Source of the DNA: Octopus bimaculoides | Lineage: Eukaryota | Reading direction: 5' to 3' | Assembly (NCBI RefSeq): GCF_001194135.2 | Contig: NC_068992.1 | Location: forward strand, 18,262,711 to 18,326,710 | DNA: 64,000 bases | Part shown: positions 53,713-64,000 of the stretch, piece by piece | Numbering within the stretch: the first letter of the stretch is position 1 | Layout of the letters: every line of letters begins with the position of its first letter | Position numbers and translations under genes: made by a program | Notes under the pieces: generated by a model | What the model saw: only the letters and a program-made list of their open reading frames with translations | The model's database searches: none | Told to the model about the DNA's origin: nothing

Positions 53713-54399
53713 ATGATTGCAAATATACATACATACTTATAAAGACATTCATTTTCACGCGTGCCTACGTTTTCCCTTTACACGATATCCAATTTGGAGC
53801 GATTTGTGTCTGCTGCTTCAGCAGCCTCTCTGGGTGATATTGTTTCCCGAATTTTAAGCTAGTTTTATACATCAAATTTGCTCTATGAAGGGCATTGATT
53901 ATATTGTTTTCTCCTTCAATAAGCTTTTATTTTAGCTGGCGGCATTTTAATTTTCGTGGGGTTGAAGTAATACGATATGTTGTCCTTGCTTTTATTAGTT
54001 AATAACATTTATCTCCTAAATGTTGCTGGCTGATATATATTCTTTTTTATTTCCCGGGTCAGCAATGACATAGAGCTACTAATATTTGCACTAGTTGCAA
54101 TACCGATCACATCTAAAAATGAATTTATTTTGATGTCTGGGATGTAATATCATTTCATTTCATCTACTGATTATCTATATAATTAACTGAAAACTACCTC
54201 CAAAAGAAATAATATCCATAGAACATTTAAGAACGTATCGGAGCAAACATCAGCAAGCTCAAAAACAAGATGTATATATGTACACACGTTCTAGTATATA
54301 TAACAGTCAAGTACTAGTATTCGATATCTCTTCACACTTAGATTCACATCGACGCTCCGAAGAGGAGCGTATAAGTGACATTAAATATTGACATGTATT

Positions 54400-54990
54400 C
54401 CAAGAAATTGAGCAAGGAACGTATGTGTGCGTGTATGTTTCATTGTGTATCTCTGCTGCGCTCGAAGATAATAAATTATGCCTGTACATTTTAAGTCCAT
54501 TATCTTCCAATCATTGGCATGCTATTGAAAATCTGGTGGCTTTTGAAAGCTAAGCTTTTGCAGTATGTTTCCTCACGTTTGATGAGATGGGTTGCATCTT
54601 CCGGATTATGAAATAGCTGCCAATTCAAAGAATAACATAGCTGTCAAAACCGAAGATTCGATATCCAAAGATCATCCATAAATATATATTATTACACCAA
54701 TCCCATTTTCTGTACTTTGTAGAGATTCAGCTCCTTCAATCTCTCCAAATAGCCTAGTTTTATTGACGCGATTATCTCTGTTAAATCAGGATGGATTGCA
54801 TCTAGGTCCTCTGTGAAATTATTACTGCTTCTGCGCATATAGGATTCCATACCTAGACGACTGAGGAAAAATGTTTGCTATACGAGACGTGTAGTCACTT
54901 GATCCCTCCTACTAAATCCATCCTGGCATTTTGTTGCACATCGTTGTCATCGGGGGAAAGTTTATATATGACAAATTGCATAATTGCTCT
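54400..54990 (-). pseudogene. CR1/L2-like LINE 3' remnant
   Basis: Minus strand: LDAI...IIASIKLGYLERLKELNLYKVQK (LSY.ERLK.L.LYSL.RR motif) and YCKSLAFKSHQIFNSMP (NSL.F.GP.LFN.LP). Confidence 0.65.
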
Positions 54991-55229
54991 TATATGCTCC
55001 TAGATCGTAAAATATCTCTGGCTGTACAATCGCACTCCCTATAGTTCACGCGTAACGTGGTTAGAGAATTTTGTCAGCTGTTAAGAAACTGATTAAAATT
55101 TCACAGCGTTAAATTACACGTCATTTTCTGGTTATTCTTTTTTGTAGATTGTATTGAAATTTCGATGTAGGATGCGATACATACATGCATATATACATAC
55201 ATACATACATACATACTTACATACATACA

Positions 55230-55327
<98 letters not shown>

Positions 55328-55467
55328 ATAATAATAATAATAACAACAATAATATATACATATATATTTGTGTGTGTGCATACATATAAGCATGTGTGTG
55401 TATGTGCGTATATGTGTGAGCATGTATATATGCATAAATTTGTATGTATGTGTACACACACACACAC

Positions 55468-55498
<31 letters not shown>

Positions 55499-55508
55499 NN
55501 NNNNNNNN

Positions 55509-55547
<39 letters not shown>

Positions 55548-56196
55548 ACACACAGAAGAACACATACACATAGACATAAAGACACACATATATTTATATA
55601 TATCTTGTAAATTTGCATAGAATCTAAAAACGAGAAGTTAGATATTAAAATATTCCATGAATGTTGTCGGAAACGGTTGCTTTTAATAAAGTCGTGAGTA
55701 AAGTTTTCATAAAATAAAATAAAATATAAATCAAAAATAACGAATTGATTTCGTGTTAACTTATTCAAATATTTGCAGAAATCAAATTTTACAACTGAAT
55801 AAGCGAGTTATTAGATGTCTGAAATATCTCATGTATGATATTGATCTTTTTTACTCATATTAGGCATTAATATTTCATTAATTTTAAATGTATAATATGT
55901 CATTGCACCCGTTATAAGCACTGATTTAAGATAGGGAAGTGAAACAAACCCACGGGCGCCATTGAGCCTTTTTTTCTGTTTTGTTCCGTCTTAAATGTTG
56001 TGCTTATAGCTATTAAAATGGTGAGTATCGCTTTGCATGAATATATGAATATTAGCAGGTTTCTTTTTCTTACACATGAATCAGTTGAAATAAATAAATA
56101 AAAAAAATAATAATAATGATGACGATGACAACGACGGTGAAGATGATACTAAAAAACAAGTACAACGACAACAGAAATAATAAAATTTAAGTACTA

Positions 56197-56342
56197 ATAA
56201 TAATCCTCAATCCTTTCTGCTAAAACCACAAGGCCTGAAATTTTGGGGTGGGGACTAGTCGATCATATCGATCTCAGTGTTTTACTCGTACTTAATGTAT
56301 CGTCCCCGAAAGAAATGAAAGGTAAAATCGACCTTATGGTAA
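56197..56342 (-). mobile_element. SINE family A, headless 3' part with (AAT)n tail
   Basis: aataataatcc...cacaaggcctgaaattttgggg...gtcgatcatatcgat...ccccgaaagaaatgaaaggtaaaatcgacc. Confidence 0.75.
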
Positions 56343-56354
56343 ATCAGTGCCGAT

Positions 56355-56600
56355 GTCGTCATCATGTACCATACGCCCTGCAGCGCTTTGAGGGCACTAC
56401 AACGAAAACGTTCGCGATTAAGCGCGAGTTTTCCAACAGCCTTACCACTTTTGTTAAGTCAGCCGATGTTATTGTCCACCCATTGCGTTCTTTGCCTGCC
56501 TGTTGATCTACTTACTACTCCCTACGATTATCTTTTCTACCCATCTGCTTCTTCGAATATGGCCATAATAGATGAACTTTTGTCTTCTCAGTGTATTCGA
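56355..56600 (-). pseudogene. RTE-clade LINE 3' end
   Basis: Minus strand: RRQKFIYYGHIRR...EKIIVG; shifted RQRTQWVDNNIG*L...LALNRERFR..ALKALQG, then a short TGA/CGA tail (LKYFGHI.R...GRPR.RW.D...A.DR..WR pattern). Confidence 0.7.
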
Positions 56601-56767
56601 GATAATAATATCTTATACACATGCAAAATATGAAGTTAAAAGACAACAAGAAGCTTCGTTTTCGTTAGTTTAAAGACACATACATACACGTACGCAGATA
56701 ATCTTGACTGAATACTATAATTTTAAAGCAAGTTTAGAAATAAAAATGGCTCATTTGCTGGAGGAGG

Positions 56768-56960
56768 TGTGTTAATACTGATTTCGAATTTCGGCATATG
56801 TCCAGCAATTTCGAGGGAGTAGTTTGTATCAATTACGACGCCCCCACCGCTCAACTGGTGCTTATTGTATCAGATCTGTTATGATGAAAGGCTAAGTGGA
56901 ACTCGGAATGTAAAGACGGACGAAATGCCGCCAAGCATTTGCTAGGCGCGGTAATGATTA
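56768..56960 (-). mobile_element. SINE family A, degenerate
   Basis: gatttcgaatttcggca...caactggtgcttatt...gatgaaaggc...gaatgtaaagacggacgaaatgccgccaagcattt. Confidence 0.65.
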
Positions 56961-57087
56961 TGTCATCTGGACACCTCGAGGTTAATATTGATTACAGAAC
57001 AAAATGTACAAAACTAGAGTTGAGTGGGAGTTATACAGCTCGCCTATAGTCATGTGATAACAAAAAAGCCTGAGCTACACATTTTAC

Positions 57088-58642
57088 TATATATACTGAC
57101 AAACGCTATATATACTCACAAACACTATATATACTCACAAACACTATATATACTCACAAACACTATATATACTTACAAACAATATATATACTCACAAACA
57201 CTATATATACTCACAAACACTATATATTCTTACAAACAATATATATACTCACAAACACTATATATACTCACAAACACTATATATACTCACAAACACTATA
57301 TATACTTACACACACTATATATACTCACAAACACTATATATACTGACAAACAATATATATACTCACAAACACTATATATANNNNNNNNNNNNNNNNNNNN
57401 NNNNNNNNNNNNNNNNNNNNNNNNNNNNNNNNNNNNNNNNNNNNNNNNNNNNNNNNNNNNNNNNNNNNNNNNNNNNNNNNNNNNNNNNNNNNNNNNNNNN
57501 NNNNNNNNNNNNNNNNNNNNNNNNNNNNNNNNNNNNNNNNNNNNNNNNNNNNNNNNNNNNNNNNNNNNNNNNNNNNNNNNNNNNNNNNNNNNNNNNNNNN
57601 NNNNNNNNNNNNNNNNNNNNNNNNNNNNNNNNNNNNNNNNNNNNNNNNNNNNNNNNNNNNNNNNNNNNNNNNNNNNNNNNNNNNNNNNNNNNNNNNNNNN
57701 NNNNNNNNNNNNNNNNNNNNNNNNNNNNNNNNNNNNNNNNNNNNNNNNNNNNNNNNNNNNNNNNNNNNNNNNNNNNNNNNNNNNNNNNNNNNNNNNNNNN
57801 NNNNNNNNNNNNNNNNNNNNNNNNNNNNNNNNNNNNNNNNNNNNNNNNNNNNNNNNNNNNNNNNNNNNNNNNNNNNNNNNNNNNNNNNNNNNNNNNNNNN
57901 NNNNNNNNNNNNNNNNNNNNNNNNNNNNNNNNNNNNNNNNNNNNNNNNNNNNNNNNNNNNNNNNNNNNNNNNNNNNNNNNNNNNNNNNNNNNNNNNNNNN
58001 NNNNNNNNNNNNNNNNNNNNNNNNNNNNNNNNNNNNNNNNNNNNNNNNNNNNNNNNNNNNNNNNNNNNNNNNNNNNNNNNNNNNNNNNNNNNNNNNNNNN
58101 NNNNNNNNNNNNNNNNNNNNNNNNNNNNNNNNNNNNNNNNNNNNNNNNNNNNNNNNNNNNNNNNNNNNNNNNNNNNNNNNNNNNNNNNNNNNNNNNNNNN
58201 NNNNNNNNNNNNNNNNNNNNNNNNNNNNNNNNNNNNNNNNNNNNNNNNNNNNNNNNNNNNNNNNNNNNNNNNNNNNNNNNNNNNNNNNNNNNNNNNNNNN
58301 NNNNNNNNNNCTATATATACTCACAAACACTATATATACTCACAAACACTATATATACTCACAAACACTATATATACTGACAAACACTATATATACTCAC
58401 AAACACTATATATATATACTCACAAACACTATATATACTCACAAACACTATATATACTCACAAACACTATATATACTCACAAACACTATATATACTCACA
58501 AACACTATATATACTTACACACACTATATATACTCACAAACACTATATATACTGACAAACAATATATATACTCACAAACACTATATATATATACTCACAA
58601 ACACTATATATACTCACAAACACTATATATACTCACAAACAC
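57088..58642. repeat. 19-bp minisatellite (CTCACAAACACTATATATA)n spanning an N-gap
   Basis: Direct reading on both sides of the gap; it produces the spurious 596-aa ORF with a 19-aa period. Confidence 0.95.
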
Positions 58643-59849
58643 TCGCACATATATATCTATATACATATATTTACAAATTCACACAACTTCTCCGCTGCAC
58701 TTAGTACGCAAACATACATTAAAGTGCTCCACACGCGTTTATGTGCGTGTTGCATTGCAGCATATATGCACAAGAGCCGGCATGGCTGATTCACATACAT
58801 TAGAAATATTGTAGTCCATAAATAAAATAATGAGCGGGCAAGTTCATGCCTGCATGTCATATTGCGCACATAACCACCGACGAAGTTGATATATAAATCT
58901 CATTCAAACTAATGTCATTTTAGTTGATTTCTGATATTCAAACTCAATAGAACCTTCTTAATAGTTCACCATTTAGTGAGTTTTACAATATGGATTGTAT
59001 AATTAACGATCAGTTTAATATCAAATATATTTCACCCTACATTAATACTGATCTAAACGATATTATTCCTTAATGGGTTTTCGGTTCATAGTTAAGTCTA
59101 AGGCTAACTCAATTTAAATGCTTCTTGAATACGGGCTTTTATTTAGATGCTCATTCTCATTTAATGCGATATTAACGCTTCAAATTATTGCCAAGGGTTA
59201 TTCGAGAGAATGTAGAGAAACGTATGAGTGTTATTCTAAATTTCAACTTATCAATCACTTTAGAAAACTGGAGTACAGAATAAAATACATATGAATATAC
59301 TTAATGCATGCTCGTCAAATTCTATAAGTAGATATTTTAATATGTGCAGTTTTAAGTAATGTGCGAAAAATCTAATATGCGTCATTATTAATTGGGCTGT
59401 ATCATTCATTATAAAATAGATATGACCCTGTCAAAGCACTGAAACGTTGCCCAGTACTCTTAGCCGAAGTAGACGTAGAATCTTAATGTCGGCTGATAAT
59501 ATTGTTTATGTTAAACCCGGGACAGCCTTTGTCAGATATGCTCATGATGGGTGTTATGTAAAATAAAGACCCCCGAACTTTTCCCACACGTTATATCTAG
59601 GCCCAGAAAGCAGTTATTCTTGTCATTCAACTAAGGAAAGTGAGTCCTTTGAAAGCTCGCGTAAACCAGGATGATTAGCTATAATTTAGCAACCTACTCT
59701 CATAAAGAGAAGAAGAAAACTCTGAACACAATTTGTTCAAAATTATTATACAAAACATCAGTCGTATGATAATGGCGTGCACACAACTACTGCAAATATG
59801 TCAATTCTCTTTAGAATTAAGATGCAGTTCAATATCGTCATTGACAATA

Positions 59850-60400
59850 ACTATATGGACTGTCTTAGAATGTTTTGGTGGTAAATCATGATTTCACTGT
59901 AGACAGTATAGAAATAGATATGGTGCATCTATACTAGACATAAATGAAGTAGAGAGTGAAGTAGAAATGGAGCGTTAACCGTTCGTTGTGGAGAAGACAA
60001 GCTCTTTAAAAACTTATTAACAGGTGAGGAAGCTGTATCGAATAAAATCATCATATCACATCTGAAAATAAATCATGCTAATTAAACTTCGTGCAAGTCT
60101 GGTTGAAGAGAAAAGTTTCTGATGACAAAACATAATAAGAATTTTAATATCAGTTGAATATCACATTAGAGGGATTATCTAAACATTGCATTATAACTGT
60201 TACAGTTGACTTTAATGTAGAATTATAAGTGAGATATGCATTGTCGTGGGAACGTCTTGGAATATTCCTGTGAAGGGTGTTAAAGATGGAAGTATCATGA
60301 CTGTTCGATGTTATTGGTGCCAAAGATATTATCTGCTTAATCGAAATGTTCTTTGAGTTGATATATGCGGAAGCTTAGTTACCCGAGTAGTAACTATGAA
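59850..60400 (+). pseudogene. Possible very old LINE apurinic-endonuclease remnant
   Basis: Only weak motifs: NRYGASILDINEVE and IITVTVDFNV (cf. I...GDFNA). Confidence 0.25.
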
Positions 60401-61565
60401 AATGAGATCGATTTCAAATGTATGATGAAAAAAGATTATGAAAAATATGATCGCAATTCGTCTGTATTCATGGTAAAGCACACACTGGCGCAAGTCAATA
60501 CGAGGTGAAGTTAATCGAGGAGATCGAGCTCAAGGCAGAATAAATGATAATGATCTAAAAACAATCAAATCCTTTTGACATTAGCAAACTTAACGAAGAT
60601 GACAACAGGCACTTCAGATTGATCTTATCGACTGATATGCAGCATTAAAAGCGAAACCAATCCTAAATAATATATTCAGAGACATTACAGTTGAGACAAC
60701 CGGTAATTGAACGTAGAGAAAAATAGACTAACCTAGTGACCAGGAGATAACGGTCGAGACATGTGATGCTATCCATAAACTTCGAAAACAAGAAGAAAAG
60801 AACGATGCCACACATGTGAAATGCAGGTATTAAGAACTACACTGAGAAGTAAAGAAAAAAAAATTAATGTTACTGCGAAGATAGACAAAATTGTGTTGGA
60901 AACGAATAACCAAAGAGAGTTTCTATAAGAAATTATTCAAGAATTGTATATAATATTTTAAAGTAGGTATAAGAATATGGAAGCAGCAATAGAAGGGTGC
61001 TTGTAATATGTAATTGTGACATGGATGTCAGAAGTTGTTGGAAAAAAACCCCACCCACCCCCATGAATAAAAGATAAACTGGTGAATATTTCAGAGCGCT
61101 AAATCCACCTAAATCTAATGAGGTTTTACATCTGACGGCTAGTTTAAATAGTACTCACATAGAGTTTGAAATCACGTCGAAAGGAGTGTGCAAAACACTA
61201 AATAAGAAAGCCTGATGTTACTAGGGCGACACACACAAGATCGCAAAGCGAGCTTCTTTAAAAACACTTCTATTGTTTGTATGTATGTATGTATGTATCT
61301 ATCTATCTATATATTCATCTATTTCATCTATCTACATATTCACACAGACACACACAGAATTAAAATCCTTCTCTACTTTCATGTATATATGTGAGTGTGT
61401 GTGTATGTATATATACATGTTTATATGTATATCAAGACCAGTCCGTTTGGTAATTTAGCCTAGTTCTTGGGTCTTCCTCTTGTGACCTTAAGTCTTCGAC
61501 TAGAAACGGTTGCAAATTCTGTAGTGTATTCATGGAATTCGCTATTAGTGATATATGTACTTGTC

Positions 61566-61798
61566 GGGACGCAATTGTCCAGTGGTTAGGGTAGCAGACT
61601 TCCGGTCATGTGATCATGGTTTCGATTCTCAGACTGGGCGTTGTGAGTGTTTATTGAGCGAAAACACCTAAAGCTCCACGAGGCTCCGGCAGGGGATGGT
61701 GGCGAACCTAGCTGTACTCTTTCACTACAACTTTCTCTCACTCTTTCTTCGTGTTTCTGTTGTACCTGTATTTCAAAGGGTCAGTCTTGTCACACTCT
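61566..61798 (+). mobile_element. tRNA-headed SINE, family D
   Basis: GGGACGCAATTGTCCAGTGGTTAGG (A-box) and GGTTTCGATTCTC (B-box), followed by a GC-richer body ending in a pyrimidine-rich segment. Confidence 0.7.
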
Positions 61799-62239
61799 TA
61801 AGCTAGCTCCTGTGGACCTTGGATATATTCTCCGCACTGGAAGCTCTCCTCGCTGCCGTTTGATCGAGGTTTTTATTTGTATGGATCTTTCTTTTCCTTC
61901 TCAGCAGCCTTGGCTCTTTTGATTGCAATCTGGTCCTCTGTTGGCGGAGATTTATTTTTGCGAAGCACACTGCTGCCGTATGCAATAAGCAACCATACAC
62001 TTACCTTATAAAAAAGTTCAACGTTAATTCTCCTGCCGCCACATAATCAAATACCAGTTTGATGTACGTAGAGCCTTACTTTTCGTACAAACAATTATTT
62101 TTAGTAGCTGGTACATATCTAAACTCCTATTCGAAAACTATACTACTGTCGTAAAGCACTATTTTAAAGTTCGATCTTTATGGTTTAGAATTGCTCTAAA
62201 TGTATTTGACGATAACGATGTTTCAAATGGAATATATTT

Positions 62240-62953
62240 TAGTATTTTTTACGGAAATAATAAAATTAGTCTAAACTTTTTCCATCCAGTCGGCGTGCGC
62301 TAAATTTCCATAGCTCCGTTGGTTGACGACAATAAAATAGGCCCGACAAATGTTATTAATATCTGAAAGGTTTCCAACATTTTTATGGTAGAGAGTTATG
62401 AGATGTAATATTGTATGAGAGAGTGAGTTCAATATGTATTTTAGTTCCGAACGTTATGAAGCACGTGTTATGGTTAAATTATTTGATACAGTTATAAAAT
62501 TTAGAGAAAGATTCTTTGAAAATGCTTATTTTGGAAATTACTTTTGGAAATAGTTATAATATTTAGAGAAATATTTTTTTCAAAATGTTAAGATTATGAA
62601 AAAAACAGTTTAGAGAGTAGTGATATAGTTAAATTACTTGATACATTTGAGAGGCAGGTTTTTCTCAGAAGGTTAGGATTAAGAGAGAAAGTTTTTTTAG
62701 ATAGTAGAATTAGTATTTTTTAAGGTAATAATAAAATTAGTCGAATCTATTTTCATGCAGTCGGCGTGCGATAAGTTTCCATTTCTCCGACAGCCGACAG
62801 CATGGAAATAGGTCCGACAAATTTTATTAATATCTGGAAAAATGGCAAGTTTTCAACGTTTTTTCGGTACAGAATTATGAGAGGTAATATTGTATGAGAG
62901 AAGGAGTTCAATATATATTTCATCTGCGAACGTTCTGAAGCACATATTATGGT
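62240..62953. repeat. Pair of diverged ~240-bp direct repeats (62240-62474 and 62711-62953)
   Basis: Shared blocks AATAATAAAATTAGTC, CAGTCGGCGTGCG, CCGACAAAT, TTATTAATATCTG, TAATATTGTATGAGAGA, GAGTTCAATAT, GAACGTT.TGAAGCAC. Confidence 0.85.
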
Positions 62954-63222
62954 CGAGGAATAGCAGAAGAGTCATTTAATAGTGAGAAAGGAATAAAGCA
63001 TAAGGAATAGTAGAAGTGTCATTGAATAGTGAGAAGTGCAGTCGGAGGAGCAAAATTGAAAAAGTGTGACACACTGACACAATGGCATTCGCTTTTCGCC
63101 TTTAATATATATATATATATATATCGTGCCTTGATGAAATTTTATATATAGCCCTTTGGCGAAATTAACTTCCATATTTTTTTCATATAAGCATTGACAT
63201 ATTACAAATTAACTTCATTCAA

Positions 63223-63255
63223 TTGCCCATCACCGCCGCAACCACCACTGTCATC

Positions 63256-63300
<45 letters not shown>
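63223..63300. repeat. (CAC/CAT/CAG)n compound microsatellite
   Basis: Direct reading. Confidence 0.85.
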
Positions 63301-63301
<1 letters not shown>

Positions 63302-63911
63302 TCATGAAGCTTATGACGATGGGAATGCTGGCAAAATGGTCTATGTTTCATATTATGCGTTACTCTAGCTATAAATCAACAGGAAAGGTCTTACAGAAAA
63401 CGCAGACGCACACGTACGCGCGCTCACACACACACATACACAAACACATGCATACACACACATGCACACGCAAACACACGTTTGTATATACGTGAAAATA
63501 CATTTTGAGAGAAAGTGTAAAAGAATTAAGAAATTCATATCTGATATTTGCTGATGGACATTTACAAATGTATATAATTGTATGCATTAGTATACGCGTG
63601 TGTATGTGTGCATGTGACTCTGTATAAATTTACATAAGCGAATGGGAGGAAAAAAATATAGTATAGACAGAATAGCGTATAGTCCCAGCTGCAAAAGCGA
63701 AATGGTTTCAAGATGCGGTCAACTAAATGTAGTACTTGAAGCCTATACAAGTATGAAAGAATATGAATAGCAATGAAATGAAGAATGTAGAAGCCTTTTA
63801 AATAAAACAACATCCAAAATATTACAGCAGAAACGTATGCAAATATGCTTTATTTGCATATACGTTAACATTGCTTTTCATAATGTATTCGTAGTACATA
63901 AGGGTATGCTT

Positions 63912-63947
<36 letters not shown>

Positions 63948-64000
63948 CAGCATGACCGCAGCCACTTGGCTGAAACACATAAATAAAAAATAAATATATA

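Noticed and set aside
57088-58642. CRISPR-like appearance of the regular repeat array
   Set aside because: Units are directly adjacent with no unique spacers, there are no cas genes, and the context is eukaryotic.
61478-61515. CTTGTGA...AGTC-TTC-GACT-A-GAAACGGT as a decayed hammerhead
   Set aside because: Two core mismatches, a non-palindromic stem III and no stem I. Too degenerate.
61803-62000. Lys/Arg-rich minus-strand ORF as an RTE C-terminus or host exon
   Set aside because: No intact zinc-finger or diagnostic motif; the resemblance is compositional only.

Overview
This is AT-rich, gap-riddled eukaryotic (metazoan) genomic DNA, not prokaryotic. The SINE families, microsatellite load and retroelement mix look like an octopus/coleoid cephalopod draft scaffold (inference from recalled repeat consensus; not database-checked). 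I found no convincing host protein-coding exon. Every long ORF in the track is an artefact of N-gaps, microsatellites or the 19-bp minisatellite. Recognisable content is decayed mobile DNA: (i) at least six Penelope-like element (PLE) RT/GIY-YIG remnants; (ii) four mariner/Tc1-type transposase remnants plus TA-flanked miniature elements; (iii) RLE-type, RTE and CR1-like LINE fragments; (iv) about 18 tRNA-headed SINE copies from several families; (v) two fold-back elements of about 200 bp; and (vi) many microsatellites. The most interesting structure is at 6253-6652: a tRNA-headed SINE-like unit whose tail carries an intact minimal, PLE-type (dimer-dependent) hammerhead ribozyme motif, preceded by an inverted copy of that tail and sitting beside PLE remnants. 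It is a candidate Pol III/ribozyme non-autonomous element mobilised by Penelope machinery. All protein matches are by-eye motif recognition of degenerate frames, and coordinates of decayed elements are approximate.
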